From IMG/VR virus record IMGVR_UViG_3300035703_002708: DNA of 64,000 nucleotides; one strand, given 5' to 3'. Made by a program: the position numbers and the translations under genes. The DNA is from a virus. Lineage: Duplodnaviria > Caudoviricetes. This document shows, one piece after another, positions 10,231-19,614 of this stretch (position 1 is its first letter; each line of letters begins with the position of its first letter). The notes beneath the pieces were generated by a model. That model saw only the letters and a list, made by a program, of their open reading frames with translations, made no database searches and was not told the origin of the DNA.

Positions 10231-11058
10231 ATGGAATGGTTCATTAAGAAAAACGCAACATTACCAGTTGTAAAAGTTAAACTATCACAAAATGGTAGAA
10301 GTGACTACATGAAAACTATGTCAAAACTTGGTGATTCAGTTGTGTATTTTTCTATGACCGATTCTGAAACAGGAATACCAAAAATTTCATCAACACCTGC
10401 AGTTGTTGAAACTGGACTCACAGATAGTGGAGAAATAGAATACTATACTTATTATCAGTTCAAAAAAAATCAAACAAAAAAAGTAGGGAGATTTTCTGCG
10501 GAGTTCATGGTGGCAAATACTGACGGAGTATTATTTTTACCTATAACAGAAAAAATTTATGTTAACATCATAGAAAGTTTTGCTATTGATGATGTTACAT
10601 TCACATCAAATTACGAAATAGAATTTCCATGTTGTAGTGATACCGTCGGTAGTCTCCAAACTAATAGTTTATCTCTTTATTCTTCTTACAGTCCGGGTTC
10701 AATTATTTGTGAATATACCGCAACAACACAATATTATGCAAATGAACCTCTGACAATAAATTTCACAAATGTTTTAGGAACCTTAATAGGAGAACCAATT
10801 ATTATAACCTCAGCAATCACTATAAATCAAGGTGAAAAGATTGGAACCATAACAGTAAATTTAGTTGAAGATTACAACAATCTTGACACAACATCAATAT
10901 TCTCTGCTGTAACAGTAAATTCATCAAACCCCATAAATTTCAAATATGAGATAAATTCTACCGAAGAATTTGCACCAAAACCAACACCAACTCCAATACC
11001 CGTATATACAGAGGGATTTAGTGGTATTGGTCTTGAATATCTGAATGATTTACTATAG
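10231..11058 (+). CDS. BppU-like fibre anchor protein, paralogue of the N-terminal part of 4101..7913
   Basis: MEWFIKKNATLPVVKVKL vs MEFNIKKNGTLPLLKMQV; KKVGRFSAEF vs NKVGRYEGEF; LFLPITEKIYVNI vs LVLPIREKLYINI. Confidence 0.65.
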   Translation: MEWFIKKNATLPVVKVKLSQNGRSDYMKTMSKLGDSVVYFSMTDSETGIPKISSTPAVVETGLTDSGEIEYYTYYQFKKNQTKKVGRFSAEFMVANTDGVLFLPITEKIYVNIIESFAIDDVTFTSNYEIEFPCCSDTVGSLQTNSLSLYSSYSPGSIICEYTATTQYYANEPLTINFTNVLGTLIGEPIIITSAITINQGEKIGTITVNLVEDYNNLDTTSIFSAVTVNSSNPINFKYEINSTEEFAPKPTPTPIPVYTEGFSGIGLEYLNDLL

Positions 11059-11061
11059 TTG

Positions 11062-11850
11062 ATGACAAAAAAATTAATACCTTATATGTCATACTGGTCA
11101 AAAGGGTATCAAGGAAATCCTTCAGACTTTGTTTTAAACTTACATAAGTTATGTTTTTATTTCCTAAAAAAAAATTTTGGAGAAGTTCACTTTATTACCG
11201 ATAGTGAAAGTTTTGATTATTTCAATTTTTTGCCTTGGACTTCAATTTCCAAAGATTTGGATGACTTAAATAGTGAATACAAAAATGTTTGGAGTATAAG
11301 TAAGTTATTTGTTTATCAAATTATTTCACAAAAAGGACATCCTTTTTTTCACGTTGATTATGATGTATTATTACCTGAAGGTTTAGAAGAACAAATTTTG
11401 AAATCGGATTTGTTTGCTCAATGTACCGAACATAATTCAATTCATCACTATAGGATAAATGATTTTTTGAAAAATTGTCCAAACCCATATGAAATAAAGA
11501 ATTTACAAGTGCAAGATGCGATTAACGTAGGTGTTTTAGGTGGTAATGATGTTGAGTTCATTAACAAGTATGCAACAAAGGCACTTCAAATGGTTTTCGA
11601 CCCCTTGAATAAAAATTATTGGTTAAATTATGATGATAGTACAAGTTGGTTAAAGGCGGTAACCGCAGAGCAATATTACTTGTCGGTTTTAGTAAAAAAA
11701 TATAAAAAAAATATAGAATATATTTTTCCTAATGGATGGCCAACCGAACAAGAGGCAAAAGAAAAAAAATTCATACATTTGATGGGAATTAAGGAAAATA
11801 GACAAATATATCCTATCATTGAACAATTAACGAAAAAATATATTGTGTGA
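11062..11850 (+). CDS. Putative nucleotide-diphospho-sugar transferase (DUF6734-like GT-A fold)
   Basis: VHFITDSE, W..SKLFVY, PFFHVDYDV (DxD), AINVGVLGG, AEQYYL, FIHLMG pattern. Confidence 0.55.
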   Translation: MTKKLIPYMSYWSKGYQGNPSDFVLNLHKLCFYFLKKNFGEVHFITDSESFDYFNFLPWTSISKDLDDLNSEYKNVWSISKLFVYQIISQKGHPFFHVDYDVLLPEGLEEQILKSDLFAQCTEHNSIHHYRINDFLKNCPNPYEIKNLQVQDAINVGVLGGNDVEFINKYATKALQMVFDPLNKNYWLNYDDSTSWLKAVTAEQYYLSVLVKKYKKNIEYIFPNGWPTEQEAKEKKFIHLMGIKENRQIYPIIEQLTKKYIV

Positions 11851-11861
11851 GTTTTATAAAT

Positions 11862-11890
11862 TTGACTTAACCTCTCTCAATATTTATCAT
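11862..11890 (+). promoter_or_regulatory. Sigma70-like promoter upstream of the DNA polymerase, overlapping a TATTTAT motif
   Basis: TTGACT (11862-67), 17-nt spacer, TATCAT (11885-90); TATTTAT at 11881-87. Confidence 0.5.
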
Positions 11891-11949
11891 TACACACATT
11901 AAGGTAAATGTCGACCTTGTTCGGCAGCAAATAAACCAAAATATATAAT

Positions 11950-14739
11950 ATGTTATCACAAGAAGAGATTAAATCCTTTTTAGAAGGAAATGACCCCGAG
12001 CAATATATTGTAGCAGTAGAATTTGATTATGCATCAGACTCAATATTCAAAATCAAAGAAGACCCAATTAAAGGTAAAACAATTCAAAAAGAAAGTTTTA
12101 CCCCTTTCGCATGGGTTGGTGACTTAAAAGACCAAAACTTCTACAAATCCTCCAAAGCATTACAAAAAGAAGCGATGTCAAAATATGGTATCGTTATCGA
12201 GAAATTGGAAACAAAAGGTAATGAAAGGTTAGAACGAGGATTAAAATATATGGTAAAATCCTTAAAGGGTTACCGCTCATTAATCAGTTTTTTCAGAGAT
12301 GGTGGATTAGACCCTTGGGGAGAAAAAACAAAAGACCTCATATTAATTTTGCCACCCGTAGAACAATTTCTCATATCAAAAGAAAAAAGATTGTTCAAAG
12401 GGTTTGAAGAATATAACGATATTACAAGGTTTGTATTCGACTTGGAGACGACCTCTTTGGAACCTAAAGACGGTCGTATCTTTATGATTGGAATCAAAAC
12501 AAATAAAGGATTCCAACAAGTTATCGAATGTGCAACTCCCGAACAAGAAAGAGAAGGGTTAATATCTTTTTTCAAATTAATCGATGCATTAAAACCCTCA
12601 ATTATCGGTGGATATAACTCATTTAACTTCGACTGGTTTTGGATATTTGAAAGATGTAAAGTACTAAACATCGACGTAAAGAAAACTTGTAAAACCCTGA
12701 ACCCCAACTATAACATTTCCCAAAAAGAGAACTTACTAAAATTGGCAAACGAAGTTGAGAAGTATAACCAAATTGGAATGTGGGGTTATAATATTATTGA
12801 TATATTACACTCCGTAAGAAGAGCTCAAGCGATTAACTCAAACATCAAGTCGGCAGGACTTAAATACATTACCCAATATATCGATGCTGAAGCTGAAGAC
12901 CGAGTATATATTGACCACGATAAGATTGGTCCTATGTATGCGAAAAAAGAAGAGTTTTGGCTAAACATTAAAAATGGTAAATATAAAAGAGCCGACAATC
13001 CCGCATTTGAAAACTTGGACACCCGTTTTCCTGGTACATACATTAAAGTCACAGGTGATGAATTGGTAGAAAGATATCTTGACGACGACTTGGAAGAAAC
13101 CCTTTTGGTGGACGAAGAGTTCAATCAAGGAACATTCTTACTTGCATCAATGGTACCAACAACATACGAAAGGGTATCGACGATGGGGACAGCAACTTTA
13201 TGGAAAATGTTGATGTTGGCTTGGTCTTATAAATACAAATTAGCGGTTCCTGAAAAACAATCAAAACAGGACTTCGTTGGTGGACTATCTCGTCTATTGA
13301 GAGTTGGTTATTCAAAAGATGTTCTCAAACTCGACTTTTCATCTCTATACCCATCGATACAACTTGTTCACGATGTATTTCCTGAGTGTGATGTATTACA
13401 AGGAATGAAAGCGATGTTAAAGTATTTCAGAGATACTCGTATCTTGTATAAGAACTTAGCCGGTGAATATGAAAAAACCGATAAAAAAAAGTCATTATCT
13501 TACGACCGAAAACAATTACCTATTAAGATTTTTATCAACTCGATGTTCGGTGCCCTTTCAGCACCACAGGTGTTTCATTGGGGGGATATGTATATGGGAG
13601 AACAAATCACTTGTACAGGAAGACAATATCTTCGTATGATGATTAAGTTCTTTATGAAACGAGGTTATATGCCACTTGTAATGGATACAGACGGTGTTAA
13701 CTTCTCAAAACCTGAGGGGTGTGACGATAGAATTTATATCGGTAAAGGAAACAATTGGAAAGTTAAAAAGGGTAAGGAGTATAAAGGTGCTGACGCTGAT
13801 GTTGCTGAATTTAACGATATGTTTATGAAAGGTGAAATGGCGTTAGATACAGACGGAACTTGGCCTTCGTGTATTAATTTGGCAAGAAAAAACTACGCCT
13901 TGATGACAGACAAGGGTAAAATAAAACTTACAGGAAACACCATCAAGTCAAAGAAACTACCCCTATATATTGAGGACTTTTTGGATAAGGGAATTAAAAT
14001 GTTATTGGAGGGTAAAGGACAAGAGTTTGTTGAATGGTATTACGAATATATACAACAGATATTTGACCAACAGATTCCACTTATGAAAATTGCTCAAAGG
14101 GCTAAGGTAAAACTATCTTTGAGTGACTACGAAAAAAGATGTAATGAAAAAACAAAGGCGGGAAATGCTATGTCAAGGATGGCACATATGGAACTCGCAA
14201 TCAAAAATAAAATCAAGGTAAATCTTGGTGATGTTATCTATTACGTTAACAACGGTGTGAAGGCTTCTCACGGAGATGTTCAAAAGGTAAACAAACCAAA
14301 AAAGGGTTGGACACAAGAGGACTTGGATAATCTGATGGAGAGTTACAGTAAAACTCAATTGGAAATGTTGGATTCATATGTTAAACTTAATTGTTATATG
14401 TTAGACCAACAGGAGTTAGAAAACAACCCCGATTTGAAAGGAGAATATAACGTCCCAAGAGCAATCAGTGTATTTAACAAACGAATCGAACCATTACTTG
14501 TCGTTTTTAAACAAGAAGTTAGAGAAGGTCTTTTGATTACTGACCCTGAAAATCGTGGGTTATTTACAAAAGAGCAGTGTGATTTGGTTAATGGTATTCC
14601 ATTTGAACCTGAAGACCAAGATTCATTAGAGGAAGTTCTGACGATTTCTGAACCCGAAGTTAAGTATTGGGAAAAAAGAGGACTCGAACCCAACTACATG
14701 TATGAGTTAGCCGAACAGGGGTGGGAAGAATTTATTTAA
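11950..14739 (+). CDS. polB: Family B DNA polymerase with 3'-5' exonuclease (T4 gp43-like)
   Basis: ExoI FDLETTS, ExoII GYNSFNFD, ExoIII YLDDD; Pol motifs LDFSSLYPS, KIFINSMFG, MDTDG, ARKNYA. Confidence 0.97.
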   Translation: MLSQEEIKSFLEGNDPEQYIVAVEFDYASDSIFKIKEDPIKGKTIQKESFTPFAWVGDLKDQNFYKSSKALQKEAMSKYGIVIEKLETKGNERLERGLKYMVKSLKGYRSLISFFRDGGLDPWGEKTKDLILILPPVEQFLISKEKRLFKGFEEYNDITRFVFDLETTSLEPKDGRIFMIGIKTNKGFQQVIECATPEQEREGLISFFKLIDALKPSIIGGYNSFNFDWFWIFERCKVLNIDVKKTCKTLNPNYNISQKENLLKLANEVEKYNQIGMWGYNIIDILHSVRRAQAINSNIKSAGLKYITQYIDAEAEDRVYIDHDKIGPMYAKKEEFWLNIKNGKYKRADNPAFENLDTRFPGTYIKVTGDELVERYLDDDLEETLLVDEEFNQGTFLLASMVPTTYERVSTMGTATLWKMLMLAWSYKYKLAVPEKQSKQDFVGGLSRLLRVGYSKDVLKLDFSSLYPSIQLVHDVFPECDVLQGMKAMLKYFRDTRILYKNLAGEYEKTDKKKSLSYDRKQLPIKIFINSMFGALSAPQVFHWGDMYMGEQITCTGRQYLRMMIKFFMKRGYMPLVMDTDGVNFSKPEGCDDRIYIGKGNNWKVKKGKEYKGADADVAEFNDMFMKGEMALDTDGTWPSCINLARKNYALMTDKGKIKLTGNTIKSKKLPLYIEDFLDKGIKMLLEGKGQEFVEWYYEYIQQIFDQQIPLMKIAQRAKVKLSLSDYEKRCNEKTKAGNAMSRMAHMELAIKNKIKVNLGDVIYYVNNGVKASHGDVQKVNKPKKGWTQEDLDNLMESYSKTQLEMLDSYVKLNCYMLDQQELENNPDLKGEYNVPRAISVFNKRIEPLLVVFKQEVREGLLITDPENRGLFTKEQCDLVNGIPFEPEDQDSLEEVLTISEPEVKYWEKRGLEPNYMYELAEQGWEEFI

Positions 14740-15071
14740 GATAACTTCAACCCATCACTTGATGTGATGTACCAATGACCTTGTGCGAAGTAAAACTCAA
14801 CACAAGATTCAGAATTGATTGATAATTCGTCGTACTTTTCATCAAACAAACCAATGTCGGGAATTATAAGTGTGTTAGTCAAAGATTTTACCCTAACATG
14901 GTCTGTTGCCATATGACTTAACTTTAATTTACAAAAGGGAACATCTTTTACTATTATCAAACCCTCACCATTTGAGGTATATTCAGGTTCGGATACAATT
15001 ACAATTTCTGATGATTTTATAATTCTACCACCAATAACTTTTTCAGATGGAATTGAACGAATAATTGCCAT
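14736..15071 (-). CDS. Hypothetical protein, probably virion-associated and co-transcribed with the neck gene
   Basis: 111-aa ORF starting 2 nt after the stop of the gp13-like gene; protein-like composition. Confidence 0.6.
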   Translation of the reverse strand: MAIIRSIPSEKVIGGRIIKSSEIVIVSEPEYTSNGEGLIIVKDVPFCKLKLSHMATDHVRVKSLTNTLIIPDIGLFDEKYDELSINSESCVEFYFAQGHWYITSSDGLKLS

Positions 15072-15072
15072 A

Positions 15073-16197
15073 TTATATTACATATATTTGTCTTGGAAAT
15101 GCTCTAAACTTCATTTGTTTGTTTAGATTTTCAGCGATTAATGCTTCTCTTTCCATTACTTTTTCAGGTTTCAATCTGGTTAATCTACCTTCGGCACCAA
15201 TTAACTCCTCAATCAACTTTGTTTTTTCGTCTTTTGCCTCAGTAGCCAAAGATGTGTAATCCATAGTTAATTCAGAATCAGGTGTTTTAAGATTACCACT
15301 ATATTTACCTCTCACTCTTGATAAGGTTTCTTTTACATAAGCAACAAACCATCTTCTTATCCATTGTTTTGCAGGATTGTTTAAGTCAACCCAATTTAAC
15401 TCATCAAACGGAACATCTGATGGTAATTTTATAATGTCAGGATTGTCTTTTAAACATGAATCTCTATCAGCACCTTCTGTGTCGTAATACCAATACCATA
15501 CCTGACCCCTCATTAAAGTGGCATTACCAAAGTCAAATTTACCACCTGGTGTTTGCATTAAATGTACCGCTTTTTTTCCATCCGGTAACGCGGTCACACG
15601 ATAAGTCAAATCTCCTGCTATAATTCTTCTTTGAATATTGACCTCTTGCATACGAAGTAACATATCAAACGCCGGCATCATAAAATATGAACCAACTGTA
15701 TTACCCATCTGAGCGAAACCACCAGGTCCGCCCAAACCACCTGAACCAATACCTCCGAAAGACCAAGGGTCAAAAAAGATGTTGTTAAGTGTAGATGGGG
15801 TAAACCAAAGTAATTCGTTTATTTCTCTACCTGCTGGTATTTCATAAATCTGTTTACCCATTTCAAGTTGGATAAAATCTTTTTTCAATACCCAATCTCC
15901 ACTATTTTGTAAACCAACAATTTTAGAGTAAGCGTATGAATATCTAGTTTCCCAATCCAAACTTTTAGTTATAAATGCTCTAGATAAGGATTGTGTGTCC
16001 AAGTTAAGATTATATAAAGAAGTCCATTGTGATTCAATTAACCAGTCTTGAACATACTGTGCATAATCTTGTATGGAAAACTCCAATAAAGTATCCATTT
16101 GTTCATCTACTATTTCAATAGAACGAAGTGGAGCACCTAACAAGTGTTTTACTTGGGTGTATAATTTACTTCTATCAGGTTCGGGTATGACAGCCAT
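15073..16197 (-). CDS. Neck/head-completion protein (T4 gp13-like)
   Basis: N-terminal HLLGAPLRSIEIVDEQMDTLLEFSIQDY; C-terminal LSRVRGKYSG...LTMDYTSLATEAKDEK matches the gp13-type pattern. Confidence 0.7.
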   Translation of the reverse strand: MAVIPEPDRSKLYTQVKHLLGAPLRSIEIVDEQMDTLLEFSIQDYAQYVQDWLIESQWTSLYNLNLDTQSLSRAFITKSLDWETRYSYAYSKIVGLQNSGDWVLKKDFIQLEMGKQIYEIPAGREINELLWFTPSTLNNIFFDPWSFGGIGSGGLGGPGGFAQMGNTVGSYFMMPAFDMLLRMQEVNIQRRIIAGDLTYRVTALPDGKKAVHLMQTPGGKFDFGNATLMRGQVWYWYYDTEGADRDSCLKDNPDIIKLPSDVPFDELNWVDLNNPAKQWIRRWFVAYVKETLSRVRGKYSGNLKTPDSELTMDYTSLATEAKDEKTKLIEELIGAEGRLTRLKPEKVMEREALIAENLNKQMKFRAFPRQIYVI

Positions 16198-16223
16198 AGC
16201 GATTGTTTATTAATAAATATCAA

Positions 16224-17762
16224 TTAACCCACCTTTTTTATCAGGGAGTCATTAGGAAATGTATAATTGCCACCGACTATTTTGGTATCAGAATTTTTAA
16301 AAATTAACATCTCACCATTTTTATTGGTAAAAATAATCCAATCCGTTTTGTATGGCTTGACATTTGCGGTACCATAGATTTCATATTTATCATCTGATTT
16401 ATCATAACCAGTAAAAGGTTTGATTTGTGCGGTATGTTTTTTTTCATTGATAACAATCTCGGCATCTATTCCACCCATCATATCATCAGTACTACCAAGT
16501 TTACCTACCTTCAAAACATTTTCATCACCAAACACTTTCTTTAATAAGACTATTGATTGATTTTCGGTTTTCTCACCAAACATACTTGTTCTACTTAAAT
16601 TCGAAATTAGATTTTGAAATGTTTTGGACTTTGTCGAAAAAATTCTGAATTTGAATTGGTCCATAATATGAACCATTCTTCTAACTTCTTCTACTTGTTT
16701 TTTTGGTGATTGACCTATTAATTGTAATGTTGGTTTATTTTGAGACCTTAACAATTTGTTGATATCATTAACCAAAATACAAAAACCGCTATAGTTTGTA
16801 TTAAGATAGTTTATAACTGACCTACCTTCTGATTCTAAATTATAGATACCAGATTGCTCTCCTTCTGTGTATTCATTTTCTTCGTAATACCTGTCAGAAA
16901 AAACATCTTTTAGTATTGATTGAACACCTTTTTTGTAAATTTGTTTTACTGTAGGATTGGTGTTAAAAATAAACCTATAGGCTTCTTTATCCTGTCTTGA
17001 ACACGACTCACTAACACCTTCAGATATTATTCTTTTTGTGTTAACTGACTCATCAAGTTTCGTTTTGACTTTCATGGTGTACATTTTATTTACGAATTTC
17101 CAATTAATTGCTTTGAAAAAGTTTCTGACGTAATCGTCTCTTTTATTTTTGTATCGTAAATAATATGCGTGTTCCCACAAATCAAGACCCAATAACGGAT
17201 ATCCACCATTTCTAACGATGTTCATAAGTGGATTATCTTGGTTTGGTGTAGTCATAATCTTCAAACTACCAGACTTGGTTAATACCAACCAAATCCATCC
17301 TGACCCGAAATTCTTTTTTGCCTTTTCGGTAAATTCTTGTTTGAACCCTAAAAAATTATGGAAGTCCTTTTTAATTCTGTCGTAAATCTGACCACCACAT
17401 TTCTGTTCCGTCGGAGATAACATTTTCCAAAATAAGGCATGATTAAAAGCACCACCAGCGTTATTTCTAATTGTTTTGTTATACTTACCAATTGATTTAA
17501 TTATTTCCTCTAACTCAACATCACCGTAATCTTTTTTACTTAATGCGTCATTTAATTTGTCTACATAAGTTTTGTAATGTCCGTTGTAATGGTAAGACAT
17601 CGTCTCAGGGTCAATAAATTGTTTTAAAGCAGAATAGGAATATGGTAGTTTCTCAATTCCTATTTTTTTCATTTCGTTTATAAACAATTTTTCATTTTCC
17701 TTTGTGTCTATTTCTTTTATTTGATTGGCTATTTGTTCTACTTTCTCTTGAAGTTTTTTCAT
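16224..17762 (-). CDS. sod: Mn/Fe superoxide dismutase fused to a C-terminal PD-(D/E)xK-like domain
   Basis: LPYSYSALKQFIDPETMSYHYNGHYKTY, NNAGGAFNHALFW, FGSGWIWL, TPNQDNP, DLWEHAYY (all four metal ligands). C-terminal E...GID...QIK pattern. Confidence 0.9.
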   Translation of the reverse strand: MKKLQEKVEQIANQIKEIDTKENEKLFINEMKKIGIEKLPYSYSALKQFIDPETMSYHYNGHYKTYVDKLNDALSKKDYGDVELEEIIKSIGKYNKTIRNNAGGAFNHALFWKMLSPTEQKCGGQIYDRIKKDFHNFLGFKQEFTEKAKKNFGSGWIWLVLTKSGSLKIMTTPNQDNPLMNIVRNGGYPLLGLDLWEHAYYLRYKNKRDDYVRNFFKAINWKFVNKMYTMKVKTKLDESVNTKRIISEGVSESCSRQDKEAYRFIFNTNPTVKQIYKKGVQSILKDVFSDRYYEENEYTEGEQSGIYNLESEGRSVINYLNTNYSGFCILVNDINKLLRSQNKPTLQLIGQSPKKQVEEVRRMVHIMDQFKFRIFSTKSKTFQNLISNLSRTSMFGEKTENQSIVLLKKVFGDENVLKVGKLGSTDDMMGGIDAEIVINEKKHTAQIKPFTGYDKSDDKYEIYGTANVKPYKTDWIIFTNKNGEMLIFKNSDTKIVGGNYTFPNDSLIKKVG

Positions 17763-17807
17763 TATAAAATTATATGTTCGTTATCATAAATATCCTTTGA
17801 ATTTGAA

Positions 17808-19562
17808 TTATTCGTGATTATTGATTGAATTGAGTATTAGTTCGGCTACACTACCCTTGTCTAAGTTGTCTCCCATTACAGTTTCAAATATCCCTTTTTT
17901 CCTAATTAAGATGTCATATATCGCACCTTCTATTGTATTTTCAAATAGGGGATAATAAACCAAAACACTATTTTTTTGACCATATCTATAAGCCCTATCC
18001 TCAGCCTGTGAGTGGTCAGATGGAACAAATGATAAATCATTAAATATTACAACCTCAGCGGATGTAAGTGTGATACCAACACCTGCCGCTTTTATGTTTC
18101 CACAAAAAACTTTAACCTTGTCGTTATCTTGAAAATCATCCACAGCCTTTTGTCTCGCGGGTTTAGTGGTGGAACCATCCAAATAGACCGACATCTTCCC
18201 GAAGTGTTCGTGAATCCGTTTGAGTGGCTCAGTAAAGTTTGAAAAAATAATAACTTTCTTACCTTGTTCTAAAATGTTTTCAGCAATTTCTATAGTCTGA
18301 GAAACCTTTTCTTCAGCAATCACCTGTCTTACTTTCATCAGTTTTGAAAATTGAATTGTAAGTGAGGATGATTCCTCTCTATTGTTTCTAAACCAATCAA
18401 AATACTCACCCATCAGATTTTCATACTCCCGTGATTTTAATCTCAAATAAACAGGATTTATAATCTTTTCAGGTAAATCTAACACATCTGTTTTTAATCT
18501 ACGAAGTATTTGTTTTGAGGTTCTCTCACGAAGTTCATCCAAATTAGACGCTCCGTTTACGTTCCACACTTTTCTTTGACCTGCTCTAAACTGATAACCC
18601 TCACAAAAACGAATTACATACGCCATCCAATTTTGAGCCACAGGGGACTCAACCAAAGATAATAAATTATAATAATCAATAGGACGAGATGTAATTGGTG
18701 TTCCAGTCAATAACCACAATCTATTAACATTTTTAACAAAATGATTTATAAGTTTTGTTCTTTGTGCCTGAGAATTTTTAATGTAATGGGCCTCGTCAAT
18801 TATAATCAAATCAAACTTAGCATTTAATATCTGTGAGTTTTCTTTGTCTTTAATGTCGTGAAAGTTTTTGATGATATCGTAATTTATAATAACAAAATCG
18901 TGGTCTGATGAGAAATTCTTACCTTCACATATATAAATTGATTGGTCGGTATAGTTCTCGATTTCTCTTGCCCAATTTATTTTAAGCGATGCGGGACAAA
19001 TAATTAATACCTTTTTCGCTCCTGACTCTAACGCTGCGATAATAGTTGAGGTTGTTTTACCCAAACCCATATCATCTGCTAATATAAATCTTTTACTTCC
19101 CGCCAATTTCTCAATCGCTTCTTTTTGATGCGAAAGAGGTGGTCTATGACTATACTTTGAGTAATCAATATCAACTTTTTCTACGGTGTGTGTTTTAATC
19201 AGAGCTCCTTTGGGGACCCAAAAGTCACTTAAATGTTCTGACTCGAAAAACTTACCCCAAATATGATAAGATTTTTCTTTTTCTACTAATAGTTTTTCTA
19301 CATAGATTTTATCAGGAACCTCACGAAACAATTTTTCATCCGCAAATTTTCTTGCAAAATATGGGTCCAAATCAACCCACTTTTTGGCAACCTTTGGTTT
19401 TTCGTTATGGTATGTAATTATATAATCAGATTGTGTTCTTGTTGGAAAGAACTTTTTATTAACCAAATGTTGTTGCTTTAATCTCAATATAAAATTATTA
19501 CCGCCCTCGTAAGAAGATAAAATATCAATCGCCTTTTGTTCTATTGAGATTAGGTTTTCCAA
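17808..19562 (-). CDS. SNF2-family (SMARCAL1/HARP-like) SF2 helicase/ATPase
   Basis: ILADDMGLGKT, IICPASLK.NW, IIIDEAH, LLTGTP, AAGVGITLT, QAEDRAYRYGQ. Likely start is TTG at 19562. Confidence 0.92.
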   Translation of the reverse strand: MENLISIEQKAIDILSSYEGGNNFILRLKQQHLVNKKFFPTRTQSDYIITYHNEKPKVAKKWVDLDPYFARKFADEKLFREVPDKIYVEKLLVEKEKSYHIWGKFFESEHLSDFWVPKGALIKTHTVEKVDIDYSKYSHRPPLSHQKEAIEKLAGSKRFILADDMGLGKTTSTIIAALESGAKKVLIICPASLKINWAREIENYTDQSIYICEGKNFSSDHDFVIINYDIIKNFHDIKDKENSQILNAKFDLIIIDEAHYIKNSQAQRTKLINHFVKNVNRLWLLTGTPITSRPIDYYNLLSLVESPVAQNWMAYVIRFCEGYQFRAGQRKVWNVNGASNLDELRERTSKQILRRLKTDVLDLPEKIINPVYLRLKSREYENLMGEYFDWFRNNREESSSLTIQFSKLMKVRQVIAEEKVSQTIEIAENILEQGKKVIIFSNFTEPLKRIHEHFGKMSVYLDGSTTKPARQKAVDDFQDNDKVKVFCGNIKAAGVGITLTSAEVVIFNDLSFVPSDHSQAEDRAYRYGQKNSVLVYYPLFENTIEGAIYDILIRKKGIFETVMGDNLDKGSVAELILNSINNHE

Positions 19563-19614
19563 AAAAATAGTTTTATAACTAAAAATAAGAAATGAGTAAA
19601 TATTTATCAATATT

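Noticed and set aside
19563-19610. Track N-terminal extension of the SNF2 helicase
   Set aside because: It overlaps the divergent promoter region and has intergenic-like composition; TTG at 19562 is preferred.
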